Shown here one piece after another: positions 40,099 through 49,507 of a DNA stretch of 61,216 bases; the first letter of the stretch is position 1, and every line of letters begins with the position of its first letter. The notes below the pieces were generated by a model. That model was not told the origin of the DNA. It worked only from the letters and a program-made list of their open reading frames with translations, and ran no database searches. Position numbers and translations under genes: made by a program. This stretch comes from Legionellales bacterium (GTDB lineage Bacteria; Pseudomonadota; Gammaproteobacteria; UBA1113): the NCBI GenBank assembly GCA_002707205.1, contig PAMH01000022.1, positions 277 to 61,492 on the forward strand, given 5' to 3'.

Positions 40099-40536
40099 AT
40101 GAAAATTATTCATGCACAAGATATTCAATCACCATTTAATTTGGCCATCATTATTAATAGAGATGATAAAGCACGTTATTGTGAAGTATTTGCACATGCA
40201 TTAGTTGAGCGATTTGAAGAACTGGAATTTACTGATGAAAACATCACAATTTTTAATGCTGCATCGATATTAGATCTACCATTGCTTGCTGCTCGGTTAG
40301 CCAAAAAAGCACAATACTCTGCGATCTTGATTGGTGGTTTTTATGGTAAATCTGAGCAGACTGAACAGCAATTAATTCAACAAACTTGTTTTAATTTAGC
40401 AACACAAACAGACACAGCAATTTTATTTAAAAGTTTTGATTTAGTACATATTAATAAATCTCAACTCAATCACGAGGCAAGAGTATTAGCTGAGCGTGCA
40501 TATACAACTGTTTCAATTTTAGGGCAGCTTGATTAA
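40099..40536 (+). CDS. degenerate lumazine synthase (RibH)-fold protein, catalytic residues absent
   Basis: Colinear with RibH: 'FNLAIIINR' (beta1), 'ERFEELEFTDENITIF..ASILDLPLLAARLAKKAQYSAILIGG', 'LATQTDTAILF', C-terminal helix; lacks FN, PGA.E, RG.T.H, G.LTT and K/R motifs. Confidence 0.7.
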   Translation: MKIIHAQDIQSPFNLAIIINRDDKARYCEVFAHALVERFEELEFTDENITIFNAASILDLPLLAARLAKKAQYSAILIGGFYGKSEQTEQQLIQQTCFNLATQTDTAILFKSFDLVHINKSQLNHEARVLAERAYTTVSILGQLD

Positions 40537-40766
40537 TGTCAGGATATGATATACTACTAGATGCGTCTGGTTTGGTTTGCCCGTTTCCAATTTTAAAAAC
40601 TAAAAAAGCAATGTTAGCGATGGAAAAAGGTCAAGTCATTAAAGTGATTTGCACAGATGCCTCTTCTGTGGTGGATTTTGAAAGTTTAGTTGCCGTCTCA
40701 GGTGATACCATGCTGACAAGAGCGCATGATGAGAGTCAGTATGTATTTTTTATCCGAAAAGAATAG
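40536..40766 (+). CDS. TusA/SirA-family sulfur carrier protein
   Basis: LDASGLVCPFPILKTKKA (CPxP), 'TD.SS..DF', 76 aa; start overlaps the upstream stop (TAATG). Confidence 0.92.
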   Translation: MSGYDILLDASGLVCPFPILKTKKAMLAMEKGQVIKVICTDASSVVDFESLVAVSGDTMLTRAHDESQYVFFIRKE

Positions 40767-40862
40767 ATCGTGCATCAATTATTTTAATTGTTTATACTAA
40801 ATAGCAAACTTAAGATTGCCAATAAGGTAATTGGGATATGTTTTTAATCATTGGGAATGAGA

Positions 40863-41933
40863 ATGAATATTGCAAAAAAATGGGTTAAAAAGTATTTCTC
40901 AGATCCTGAAGCGATTATTTTATCTCTTTTATTATTGGCGGCATTGCTATTTATTATTTTTTTAGGTCGAATGCTAGCGCCATTTATTGCTGCCATCATT
41001 TTAGCGTATCTTTTAGAAGGCTTAGTTGTTCGATTAGAGCGTATTAAGTTTCCCCATTGGTTAGCTGTCGTTTGCGTGTTTTTATTATTTTTAAGTATTG
41101 TCGTTTTTGCTTTATTTCTTATTTTACCACTGCTATGGCAGCAAACCATCGCACTAGCCTCTGAATTACCATTGATGGTTAATAAAACACAAACTTTATT
41201 ATTAGAGTTACCACAAAAATATCCTGATTTATTTACCTTAGATCAAGTCACACAAGTGTTAAGTCAACTTAAAGGACAAATGGCACATTTAGGACAAAAA
41301 GTTTTTTCACTTTCAGTCGCCTCAATACCTAATGTCATTGAATTAACGATTTATTTAATTTTAGTGCCTTTGATGATTTATTTTATGCTAATGGATAGGG
41401 ATGTTTTGGTTAATATGTTTACTCGTGTATTACCAAAAGATAAAAAATTATTAACTGAAATTTGGCGAGAAGTCGATCAACAATTTGGTAACTATGTGCG
41501 TGGCAAGGTCTTGGAAATTACCATTGTTGCGGTGATAAGCTATATTGGCTTTGTTTTTTTTCATCTTAATTATGCAATGTTACTCGCTGTCTTGTGTGGA
41601 TTTTCAGTGCTGATACCTTTTATTGGCGTTACTATTGTTACAGTACCTGTTTTTTTAATTGCCTATACACAGTTTGGTTGGTCTACCGATTTAGCTTATG
41701 TAGCTATTTTTTACTCAGCTATTATGGTATTAGATGGCAATGTATTAGTCCCCTTATTATTTTCAGAAGCCGTTAATTTACATCCAGTGATGATTTTGCT
41801 TGCTGTATTACTTTTTGGTGGTATTTGGGGTTTTTGGGGAGTGTTTTTTGCGATTCCATTAGCAACAGTGGTGAAAGCTATTTGTAATGCATGGCCAAGA
41901 CAAGCACATTCTGTTATGGATCACGATGCGTAA
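40863..41933 (+). CDS. AI-2E family transporter (PerM-like)
   Basis: YFSDPEA, LAYLLE, YVRGK..EI, LIPFIG, LDGN.LVP.LFSEAVNLHP, WGFWGVFFAIP; start 40857 or 40863. Confidence 0.92.
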   Translation: MNIAKKWVKKYFSDPEAIILSLLLLAALLFIIFLGRMLAPFIAAIILAYLLEGLVVRLERIKFPHWLAVVCVFLLFLSIVVFALFLILPLLWQQTIALASELPLMVNKTQTLLLELPQKYPDLFTLDQVTQVLSQLKGQMAHLGQKVFSLSVASIPNVIELTIYLILVPLMIYFMLMDRDVLVNMFTRVLPKDKKLLTEIWREVDQQFGNYVRGKVLEITIVAVISYIGFVFFHLNYAMLLAVLCGFSVLIPFIGVTIVTVPVFLIAYTQFGWSTDLAYVAIFYSAIMVLDGNVLVPLLFSEAVNLHPVMILLAVLLFGGIWGFWGVFFAIPLATVVKAICNAWPRQAHSVMDHDA

Positions 41934-41935
41934 AA

Positions 41936-43351
41936 TTATAAAATTTCCGCGGCATGATCGGCAAGTCTGGAGCGTTCACCACGTTTTAATGTCATATGTC
42001 CACTATGTGCCCAGCTTTTAAAATGATCAACCACATAGGTCAAACCAGAGGTGGTTTCAGTTAAATAGGGTGAATCAATTTGTTTAATATCACCTAAACA
42101 AATGACTTTTGTACCAGGCCCTGCACGAGTGATTAAGGTTTTCATTTGTTTTGGGGTAAGATTTTGTGCTTCATCGAAAATAATAAATTTATTTAAAAAA
42201 GTTCGACCACGCATGAAGTTGAGCGAACGTATTTTAATACGATGTTTAAGTAGTTCTTTTGTTGCTTCTTGTTGCCAGTCATCACATTCTTGAAAGCAGT
42301 GTAATACTTCAAGATTATCCATCAGAGCTCCCATCCACGGGGTCATTTTTTCTTCTTCTGTACCAGGCAAAAATCCGATATCATCCGCAACAGGAATGGT
42401 GACACGAGTCATGATAATTTCGCGATAGGTTTGTGCATCTAAGGTTTGTGCCAATGCTGCTGCTAGTGTCAGTAACGTTTTACCCGTACCTGCAATACCT
42501 TGTAAACTGACAAAATCAATATCTGGATTCATCAGTAAATTAAGGGCGTAACTTTGTTCAGCATTGCGTGCGGTAATTCCCCAAACGGCATTTTTTTCTT
42601 GGCGATAATCCGTTGCAAGCTCAATGATAGCACTATTGCCATCAACTTGAAGTACAATTGCCTCCATGCCACTATCATCGGTCATTTGTAAAAACATATT
42701 AGGATACCAGTGCTGTATTCCTTCGCCATTTAAACGATAAAATGTCCGGCCAGAATCTTGCCACGACTCCATTGCTTTGCTATGTTTTTCCCAAAAATCT
42801 TTGGGTAGGCTTAACATGCCAGTATGTAATAATTCAATATCGTCAATGACTTGGTCATTAAAATAATCTTCCGCTGTTATACCTAAAATTTTCGCTTTGA
42901 TGCGAAGATTAATGTCTTTTGAAACAAGAATAATATTGACGTCAGGATGTTCTGCCTCAAGATATAAAACAGTGCTTAAAATACTATTGTCTGGTTTGCT
43001 ACCCGGCAGTGATTGAGGTAGGGCAACAGGAGCTTCATTGATTTGAAAATGTAATATGCCAGAGACTTTTGGTGAGGTTTCTGATAAATTTGCAAATTGG
43101 TTGAGTGCAATGCCTTGATTGATATTTCTTTTCTCTTGGAGGGATAAGAGTTCAGCTAAAAAACGGCTGGATTGACGCGCATTGCGAGCAACTTCACTCA
43201 AGCCTTTTTTTTGATTATCTAATTCTTCAAGCACAACCATTGGTAGATAAACATCATGTTCATGAAAACGAAAAAGGGCTGATGGATCATGTAACAACAC
43301 ATTGGTATCAAGCACAAATAGTTTTTTCTTAGGCACTGATTTATTAGGCAT
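41936..43351 (-). CDS. PIN-PhoH family protein (PhoH2/YlaK-like)
   Basis: PIN motif FVLDTNVLLHDP...VVLEELD...DN.IL...SKDINLR; Walker A GIAGTGKT; RGRT, DEAQN, GD..QID; start moved to ATG 43351 (GGAGG RBS). Confidence 0.94.
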   Translation of the reverse strand: MPNKSVPKKKLFVLDTNVLLHDPSALFRFHEHDVYLPMVVLEELDNQKKGLSEVARNARQSSRFLAELLSLQEKRNINQGIALNQFANLSETSPKVSGILHFQINEAPVALPQSLPGSKPDNSILSTVLYLEAEHPDVNIILVSKDINLRIKAKILGITAEDYFNDQVIDDIELLHTGMLSLPKDFWEKHSKAMESWQDSGRTFYRLNGEGIQHWYPNMFLQMTDDSGMEAIVLQVDGNSAIIELATDYRQEKNAVWGITARNAEQSYALNLLMNPDIDFVSLQGIAGTGKTLLTLAAALAQTLDAQTYREIIMTRVTIPVADDIGFLPGTEEEKMTPWMGALMDNLEVLHCFQECDDWQQEATKELLKHRIKIRSLNFMRGRTFLNKFIIFDEAQNLTPKQMKTLITRAGPGTKVICLGDIKQIDSPYLTETTSGLTYVVDHFKSWAHSGHMTLKRGERSRLADHAAEIL

Positions 43352-43376
43352 ACCATATCCTCCCTTTTCTAAATTA

Positions 43377-43460
43377 TATACCCAAACCACTTCGAGATGC
43401 GAAATTTTAATAAAAAATAAGTTTAAAAATCACGTCCCGAAATGGTTTATTGGAGATATA
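43377..43460. repeat. internally deleted copy of ERIC-like MITE
   Basis: tatacccaaaccacttcgagatgcgaaattttaataaaa closely matches the reverse complement of 32185-32223, followed by a degenerate opposite TIR ending in tata. Confidence 0.75.
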
Positions 43461-43532
43461 ATATCGCCTTGGGAGGCTTGACCACACATAGAGGTATGGT
43501 ATTGACCTTCACATGTAGGCTAGAAAAGCTTG

Positions 43533-44000
43533 CTAAGCTAAGTTTTTAACTTCAGCTAAAACTTCTTCAACATGCTCAGGCACTTTAACTTTTCGCCACT
43601 CGCGAACAAGCACACCGTTAGCATCGATTAAAAAAGTACTACGCTCGATACCGCGCACTTTTTTACCATACATATTTTTGTCTTTCATGACAGAGAACAA
43701 ATTACAGATAGTTTCCTCAGGATCTGCAATTAGTTCAAAGGGAAAGTTGAACTTTTCTTTAAACTTTTCATGGCTTTTGATGGTATCTCTTGAAATACCA
43801 AAGACGACTGTATTGTGAGCTAAAAACTCGTCATGATGCGTCCCAAAGTCAATACTTTCTGTTGTGCATCCTGGTGTGTTGTCACGCGGGTAAAAATATA
43901 GAACGACATTTTTGCTTTTATAGTCACTAAGTTTAAATGTGAGCTCAGAGGTTGCCGGTGCTGTAAACGATTTGACTTTTTTTCCTACGGTAATGCTCAT
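43533..44000 (-). CDS. bcp: peroxiredoxin Bcp/PrxQ
   Basis: YFYPRDNTPGCTTE, GISRD...SH..F, GIERSTFLID. Confidence 0.95.
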   Translation of the reverse strand: MSITVGKKVKSFTAPATSELTFKLSDYKSKNVVLYFYPRDNTPGCTTESIDFGTHHDEFLAHNTVVFGISRDTIKSHEKFKEKFNFPFELIADPEETICNLFSVMKDKNMYGKKVRGIERSTFLIDANGVLVREWRKVKVPEHVEEVLAEVKNLA

Positions 44001-44057
44001 GTATGGCTCCTCTTGGGGGTTAATTTATTTAAGCATAATATAATAACTATTTTTAGT

Positions 44058-45758
44058 TTAGCTATGGTTAGCAAATAAGTTATTTGTCATTAAATGAGTT
44101 TTTTCATTATGCTCATTGAAAAATTGTTGTATTTCATTTCTAGCATCTGCTGACTTAAAAAAGGTACTCGCTTGTTTACTTATCTCACGCATAGTATGGC
44201 TTAAATCTGTAAAGCCTGGCTGATGATCTCTATTGTAACCACACCAAGACATCATTTTTCCTAATGTGTTATTCGTCATGCAAATTGTTGTGTTGAGTAA
44301 AAATTTTGAAAAGTCATGCGTATTAATTGATGTCGCTCCCCAATTAGCAATTAGACTAATAATCATAACACTAGGAGTTAATTCGCCATAATCTAGATTT
44401 AAAAAATTGATAAGTGCAGAGTAAGTATCAAGCATATAACAGGTACCACTCGTAACAAAGCAACCAAGAGCAATGACAGTTGGTATTATTATAGCAGCCT
44501 TTGTTTCTATAGGTAAGTGATAGAATAATTTAGTAAGATAAAGAGTATCACAGAGTGTATCTTTGATGCTGAGTTGGGCTGAAACATACATAAGTAGTTT
44601 TGCAATAAAGGGATACCAAGCTGTACCATCCGCGATTGCTTCACTTGTTTCCTCATCCGTAAAGACACTTAATATTACTGTTTCACCATTTTCCTGAGAA
44701 TAATAATTTCCGAGACAAGCTATGATACCAATCATAGCCGCAAGGCCATTCAAAATAAGGCGTATGTTTTTATTACAGTTTGTTTCGGGCTTAATCTCCA
44801 GTTTTTGCATTAAAGCGTTACCAAGTATGAACATTTCTTTAGCCGGTAATTTTTTAATATACTCAAAGCAGTATTTTAGTTTTTTACCATCCGAATCTTT
44901 GGTGTTAGATAAGTATTTATAACATTCATTATGAGCCTCTAAATTTACGAGAATGTCTTTAAGTAGTTCAACTTGTTCTGATGAATTTTTACTGAGTAAT
45001 TTTTCAGATAATTTTCCAAGTAATCTCGCATACTCTGCTTCTTGTTTGGGTAATAGAAAACGAGTCAGCAAGTTAATTGCGTACATGAAATGTAGTGGAA
45101 TATTAAATGCGGTTGTTGCAATAAATGACAGGGTTTGACGCCACTTAGGAAGCTCTGTGAGCCCGAGCGCATTTACGCCAGCAACAGAAACTGAAGCTAG
45201 AGCGCCAGAGACGCCAAGACTAGCTGCCAGTATCGATTTATATTCAGTTTCTTTTGGATTAAAAATTTTTATGTTGTTTCCTGAAATAAAACCAAGGAAA
45301 GCTTTATCATTTTTTTCATATATATAAAAATTGGTAATGCCTGCAAAAATAGCCGTTCCTTTGGTATATAAGATTTGAAAAATTCCAGAGTCATGTGATG
45401 AGAAAAACTCGATAACTTCTTCAGCTGAACTTTCTCCGCAATTGTAACTGCCCATGGCCGGTAAAAAAGCACAAAGTCCGCAACCGCTTAAAATAGCTAA
45501 CTCTTTGCTAAGTTCCGCCTTAGAGTAATTATTAGTTTTTGCTTTATTAAACAACGCTGTAAATTGTTCTGCTTGTTCTTCAGCGCAAACAATAGTAGCT
45601 ATTTGTTCAGAAGTCCGTGAGTTAATGGATGAAGAATCATCAACGTTGGGTTGTGAAATAGTTATGTCTTCTGCGAAAATCGATGAGGTCGTGGACGAAG
45701 CATCATCAATATTAGTTTTTTTTTTGTTAGAATTGGTTGTGTTTAACGTATTTGTCAT
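44058..45758 (-). CDS. orphan multi-pass membrane protein, candidate secreted effector
   Basis: 566-aa ORF with S/T/D low-complexity N-terminus, several hydrophobic helices in two clusters, Cys-rich; no bacterial family recognised. Confidence 0.75.
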   Translation of the reverse strand: MTNTLNTTNSNKKKTNIDDASSTTSSIFAEDITISQPNVDDSSSINSRTSEQIATIVCAEEQAEQFTALFNKAKTNNYSKAELSKELAILSGCGLCAFLPAMGSYNCGESSAEEVIEFFSSHDSGIFQILYTKGTAIFAGITNFYIYEKNDKAFLGFISGNNIKIFNPKETEYKSILAASLGVSGALASVSVAGVNALGLTELPKWRQTLSFIATTAFNIPLHFMYAINLLTRFLLPKQEAEYARLLGKLSEKLLSKNSSEQVELLKDILVNLEAHNECYKYLSNTKDSDGKKLKYCFEYIKKLPAKEMFILGNALMQKLEIKPETNCNKNIRLILNGLAAMIGIIACLGNYYSQENGETVILSVFTDEETSEAIADGTAWYPFIAKLLMYVSAQLSIKDTLCDTLYLTKLFYHLPIETKAAIIIPTVIALGCFVTSGTCYMLDTYSALINFLNLDYGELTPSVMIISLIANWGATSINTHDFSKFLLNTTICMTNNTLGKMMSWCGYNRDHQPGFTDLSHTMREISKQASTFFKSADARNEIQQFFNEHNEKTHLMTNNLFANHS

Positions 45759-46096
45759 TATATTTTCTCATTATCTTAATTTATTATGGGCTGCATATTA
45801 TGATTTGTTGTTCTAAACTGCAATATTTTTAAGATGTTATTGATGTTTTTATTTTTAAAGTATGCCCAGAAGAATAACCATGATGTAAAAAAAGTAAAAA
45901 ACACAAAATTGCATATTGTTGAAAGTTTTATAATAAAATTTTATCTTGGTTACAGACAGCAAAAGATAAAATCTGTTATGCTTATCAAAGAAATTTACAA
46001 AAAGCTTTCCATTGAGCTGGATTGACAATATTTAAAGCTAAAATATGTGATCGAGTAGAATTAAATAACAATGATAGAAAACCAAAAGGAAAAATC

Positions 46097-46201
46097 ATGG
46101 GATATAAGGCAGAACCTATTCAATTTACTAAAAAAGCAATGTGGATTGGTCTAGTGGCTTATTGTATCGTGGCATTGATTATTGCTACGCCTTTTTTATG
46201 A
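46097..46201 (+). CDS. 34-aa single-TM small protein (not in ORF track)
   Basis: MGYKAEPIQFTKKAMWIGLVAYCIVALIIATPFL; AAAGGA RBS 6 nt upstream; TGA overlaps the next ATG (ATGA). Confidence 0.6.
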   Translation: MGYKAEPIQFTKKAMWIGLVAYCIVALIIATPFL

Positions 46202-46986
46202 AAGAAACCATCCATTTTGCACATGCTAATGGCTTTCCAAGCCCGTGTTATCGGGAGATGTTCCGTCATCTTCTGGATGATTACGATTTAAGTTATATCG
46301 ATACTATTGGGCATGAATCGCAGTACCCTGTTACAGATAGCTGGACCTTTCTCGCAAAAGAATTAATTGATAACATTATGCGCTATCACACTGAACCTGT
46401 TATAGGGGTTGGGCATTCATTAGGTGGTGTGTTGAATTACCTCGCAGCAAGTCAGCGGCCTGAATTATTTAAAGCCATCATTTTACTCGACTCGCCGGTT
46501 TACGGCGGATTAAAATCGCGCGCAATAAAATTCATGAAGCAGTTTAAGTTAATTAATGCAGTAAGTCCTGGACGCCGAACGATTAAACGTAGAAATACGT
46601 GGGAAACACGACAGCAGGTTTATCAGTATCTAAAAAGTAAAACTATATTTCAAACTTTTGATGAGCAATGTTTAAATGATTATATTGATTTCGGTATGGC
46701 ACATCATGAGCAAATGATACAGTTACGTTTTAAGCGTGAAATTGAATCTGCCATTTATCAAACATTGCCACATAATTTAGTAAAATTGAAATCAACGGTT
46801 AATATCCCGATAGGATTACTTTATGGGAAAAGTTCTACAGTTATTAAAGTGCATGATTTAAAATTTATGCAGCGCCAATTAAACTTTAAAACAGCAAGTG
46901 TGGTAGGTGATCACTTATTTCCATTTCAGCATCCCAAGGCTGCCGCACTTGCTTTAAAAAACATGATAAATGATCTTTTAAAATAG
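46198..46986 (+). CDS. alpha/beta hydrolase
   Basis: HFAHANGF, nucleophile GHSLGG, catalytic His in GDHLFP; start moved to ATG 46198. Confidence 0.92.
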   Translation: MKETIHFAHANGFPSPCYREMFRHLLDDYDLSYIDTIGHESQYPVTDSWTFLAKELIDNIMRYHTEPVIGVGHSLGGVLNYLAASQRPELFKAIILLDSPVYGGLKSRAIKFMKQFKLINAVSPGRRTIKRRNTWETRQQVYQYLKSKTIFQTFDEQCLNDYIDFGMAHHEQMIQLRFKREIESAIYQTLPHNLVKLKSTVNIPIGLLYGKSSTVIKVHDLKFMQRQLNFKTASVVGDHLFPFQHPKAAALALKNMINDLLK

Positions 46987-47017
46987 TTTCAGTACAAATA
47001 GAAAAAGGAGTGTTTTT

Positions 47018-49444
47018 GTGACTATCATAATAAGCTGTGCCATTATCCTGAGTTTAGGTTTGCTTGCTATTAAGCGAGCAAGTTTAAGTATATGGGCAAT
47101 CTTAATTTTTGCTTGGTTATTATTTCTAAGCTTAACGGATTGTTTAAGTGATTTTTCCAGCATTGTGTGTTGGAGCCTATTTGTTATCGTATTTGGTATA
47201 TTATTAGTTAAACCATTAAGGCAGCAGTTAATTTCGCGACATATATTTAAATTTTATCGACAAGTAATGCCAAAAATGTCACGAACTGAAAGTGAAGCAT
47301 TATTGGCAGGTACAGTGAGTTGGGATGGTGATTTATTTTCAGGACAGCCCAATTGGCAAAAATTATTTGAAATAAAACCGGCGCAATTAACCCATGAAGA
47401 GCAAGCCTTCCTAAATGGTCCCGTAGAAACATTATGCCGAATGATTGATGATTGGGATATCACACATTGTCGTACAGACTTACCACCCGAAATGTGGGCG
47501 TATCTAAAAAAACAAGGTTTCTTTTCCCTAATAATAGCTAAAGAATATGGCGGCAAAGCTTTTTCAGCATATGCACATGCACAAGTTATTACCAAAGTTT
47601 CTTCTATTAGCGCATCTGTTGCGACAACTATTGCAGTACCAAATTCTCTAGGGCCTGCTGAATTGTTGCAACACTATGGCACAGACGAACAAAAACAATA
47701 TTATTTACCACGTTTAGCCAGTGGCGAAGAGATTCCTTGTTTTGCATTAACTGGACCTAATGCGGGTTCAGATGCTGCCAGTATGGCAGACACGGGTGTT
47801 GTTTGCTTAGATATGTTTGACGGTAAAGAAACATTAGGTATTAAATTAAATTGGAATAAACGTTACATTACACTAGCGCCTGTTGCAACGGTTTTAGGTT
47901 TGGCTTTTAAATTATTTGATCCTGAGCATTTATTGGGAGATATCGAGTCATTAGGTATTACTTGTGCTTTGATTCCTGTTAAAACTGACGGTGTTAAAAT
48001 TGGGCGTAGACATTTTCCTTTAAATTCAGCTTTTCAAAATGGACCAACACAAGGCAAGGATGTTTTTATTCCTATTGATTGGATTATTGGCGGAAAAGAA
48101 CGTGCAGGTCAAGGTTGGTTAATGTTAATGGAATGTTTAGCGGCAGGACGCGGTATTTCTTTGCCTTCTGTTGCATTAGGCGGTTCTAAAAATAGTGTTG
48201 CTTCGAGTACGGCATATGCGCGTATTCGTCAACAATTTAACACTTCTATTGCTGCATTTGAGGGGATACAAGAAGTTTTGGCGCGCATGAGTGCTTATAC
48301 TTTATTGAGTCACGCGGCAAATTATCTAACGGTTAGTTTATTAGATAATCAAGAAAAACCATCGGTTATTTCCGGTATGATGAAGTATTATGCGACTGAA
48401 TTAGGGCGTATGGTAGGGAACGATGCGATGGATATCCATGGTGGAAAAGGGATATGCCTTGGGCCTAAAAATTATCTTGGTCGGGCTTATCAAGCTATAC
48501 CTATTAGTATTACTGTAGAGGGAGCAAATATTTTAACGCGTAATATGATCATTTTTGGCCAAGGCGCGGTACGTTGTCATCCTTACACATTGAAAGAAAT
48601 TCAGGCAGCAAATCACACAGATAGAAAGCAGGGACTTGCACTTTTTGACCAAGCAATCTTTGCGCATTTGGGCTATGCTTTTTCAAATAAAATTGCGAGT
48701 ATTTTCTATGGATTAACAGGCGCAAGAGGTATTAGTGTGCCGAAAAATCCATTAAAGCGATATTGCCAGCATTTTTCGAGAATGAGTACAGCCTATGCTT
48801 TGCTTACTGATTTTTCTATGATGTATTTAGGTGGAAAATTAAAACGAAAAGAATCTTTATCTGCAAGATTTGCTGATATTTTAACTTATCTCTATTTTGG
48901 ATCGGCTGTTATTAAATATGCACATACGATTAACTTTCCTGATGAAGCAATGCCATTATTTCGTTGGATATTAGATGATTTATTATATAAAATTCAGCAA
49001 ACCTTTGGTGAAATTGTAGATAATTATCCCAGCAAATTTTTAGGCAAAATACTAGCATGGCAAATTTTTCCGCTGGGTCGATGGTTTAAACCTGTTAGCT
49101 TAGAGCAGACTTTTGCTATTTCACAATTAATGACTCACGATAATAAAACACGAGATACTGTGATTAATGGTGCTTTTTTATCAGATGTGCCTAATAATCC
49201 AGTTGGACAAATGGAAACTTTATTTCGTGAAATTATGGCCATGCAAACTATTGAGCAACATTTTAAAAAGGCAAGGAAGTCTGGTGCATTTAAAAGTCAG
49301 AATTATCAGCAGCAATTGAAAGAAGCTGTTGAACAATCAATTTTAAGCCAAGACGAAGCAGATGCCTTGTCTAAGATCGATGCACAAATACAGACAATTA
49401 TTGCAGTGGATGACTTTGATGTGAATGCGTTGAAACGGTCTTAA
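47018..49444 (+). CDS. fadE: acyl-CoA dehydrogenase FadE
   Basis: N-terminal TM anchor, VPNSLGPAELL, CFALTGP.AGSDA, KRYITLAP, ITVEGANILTR, C-terminal VDDF; ~808 aa. Confidence 0.95.
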   Translation: MTIIISCAIILSLGLLAIKRASLSIWAILIFAWLLFLSLTDCLSDFSSIVCWSLFVIVFGILLVKPLRQQLISRHIFKFYRQVMPKMSRTESEALLAGTVSWDGDLFSGQPNWQKLFEIKPAQLTHEEQAFLNGPVETLCRMIDDWDITHCRTDLPPEMWAYLKKQGFFSLIIAKEYGGKAFSAYAHAQVITKVSSISASVATTIAVPNSLGPAELLQHYGTDEQKQYYLPRLASGEEIPCFALTGPNAGSDAASMADTGVVCLDMFDGKETLGIKLNWNKRYITLAPVATVLGLAFKLFDPEHLLGDIESLGITCALIPVKTDGVKIGRRHFPLNSAFQNGPTQGKDVFIPIDWIIGGKERAGQGWLMLMECLAAGRGISLPSVALGGSKNSVASSTAYARIRQQFNTSIAAFEGIQEVLARMSAYTLLSHAANYLTVSLLDNQEKPSVISGMMKYYATELGRMVGNDAMDIHGGKGICLGPKNYLGRAYQAIPISITVEGANILTRNMIIFGQGAVRCHPYTLKEIQAANHTDRKQGLALFDQAIFAHLGYAFSNKIASIFYGLTGARGISVPKNPLKRYCQHFSRMSTAYALLTDFSMMYLGGKLKRKESLSARFADILTYLYFGSAVIKYAHTINFPDEAMPLFRWILDDLLYKIQQTFGEIVDNYPSKFLGKILAWQIFPLGRWFKPVSLEQTFAISQLMTHDNKTRDTVINGAFLSDVPNNPVGQMETLFREIMAMQTIEQHFKKARKSGAFKSQNYQQQLKEAVEQSILSQDEADALSKIDAQIQTIIAVDDFDVNALKRS

Positions 49445-49507
49445 GATTGTTTATCTACTTAATTCGCGTACAATAAAAATTAAGAAAATCTACGGAATAA
49501 ATAAGTT

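Noticed and set aside
41936-43351. PIN-PhoH as a toxin-antitoxin or defence system
   Set aside because: No adjacent antitoxin; bcp-linked PIN-PhoH genes are a common chromosomal arrangement.
45834-46025. 63-aa plus-strand ORF in the intergenic region
   Set aside because: Low-complexity K/I/F-rich translation typical of AT-rich non-coding DNA; no RBS.
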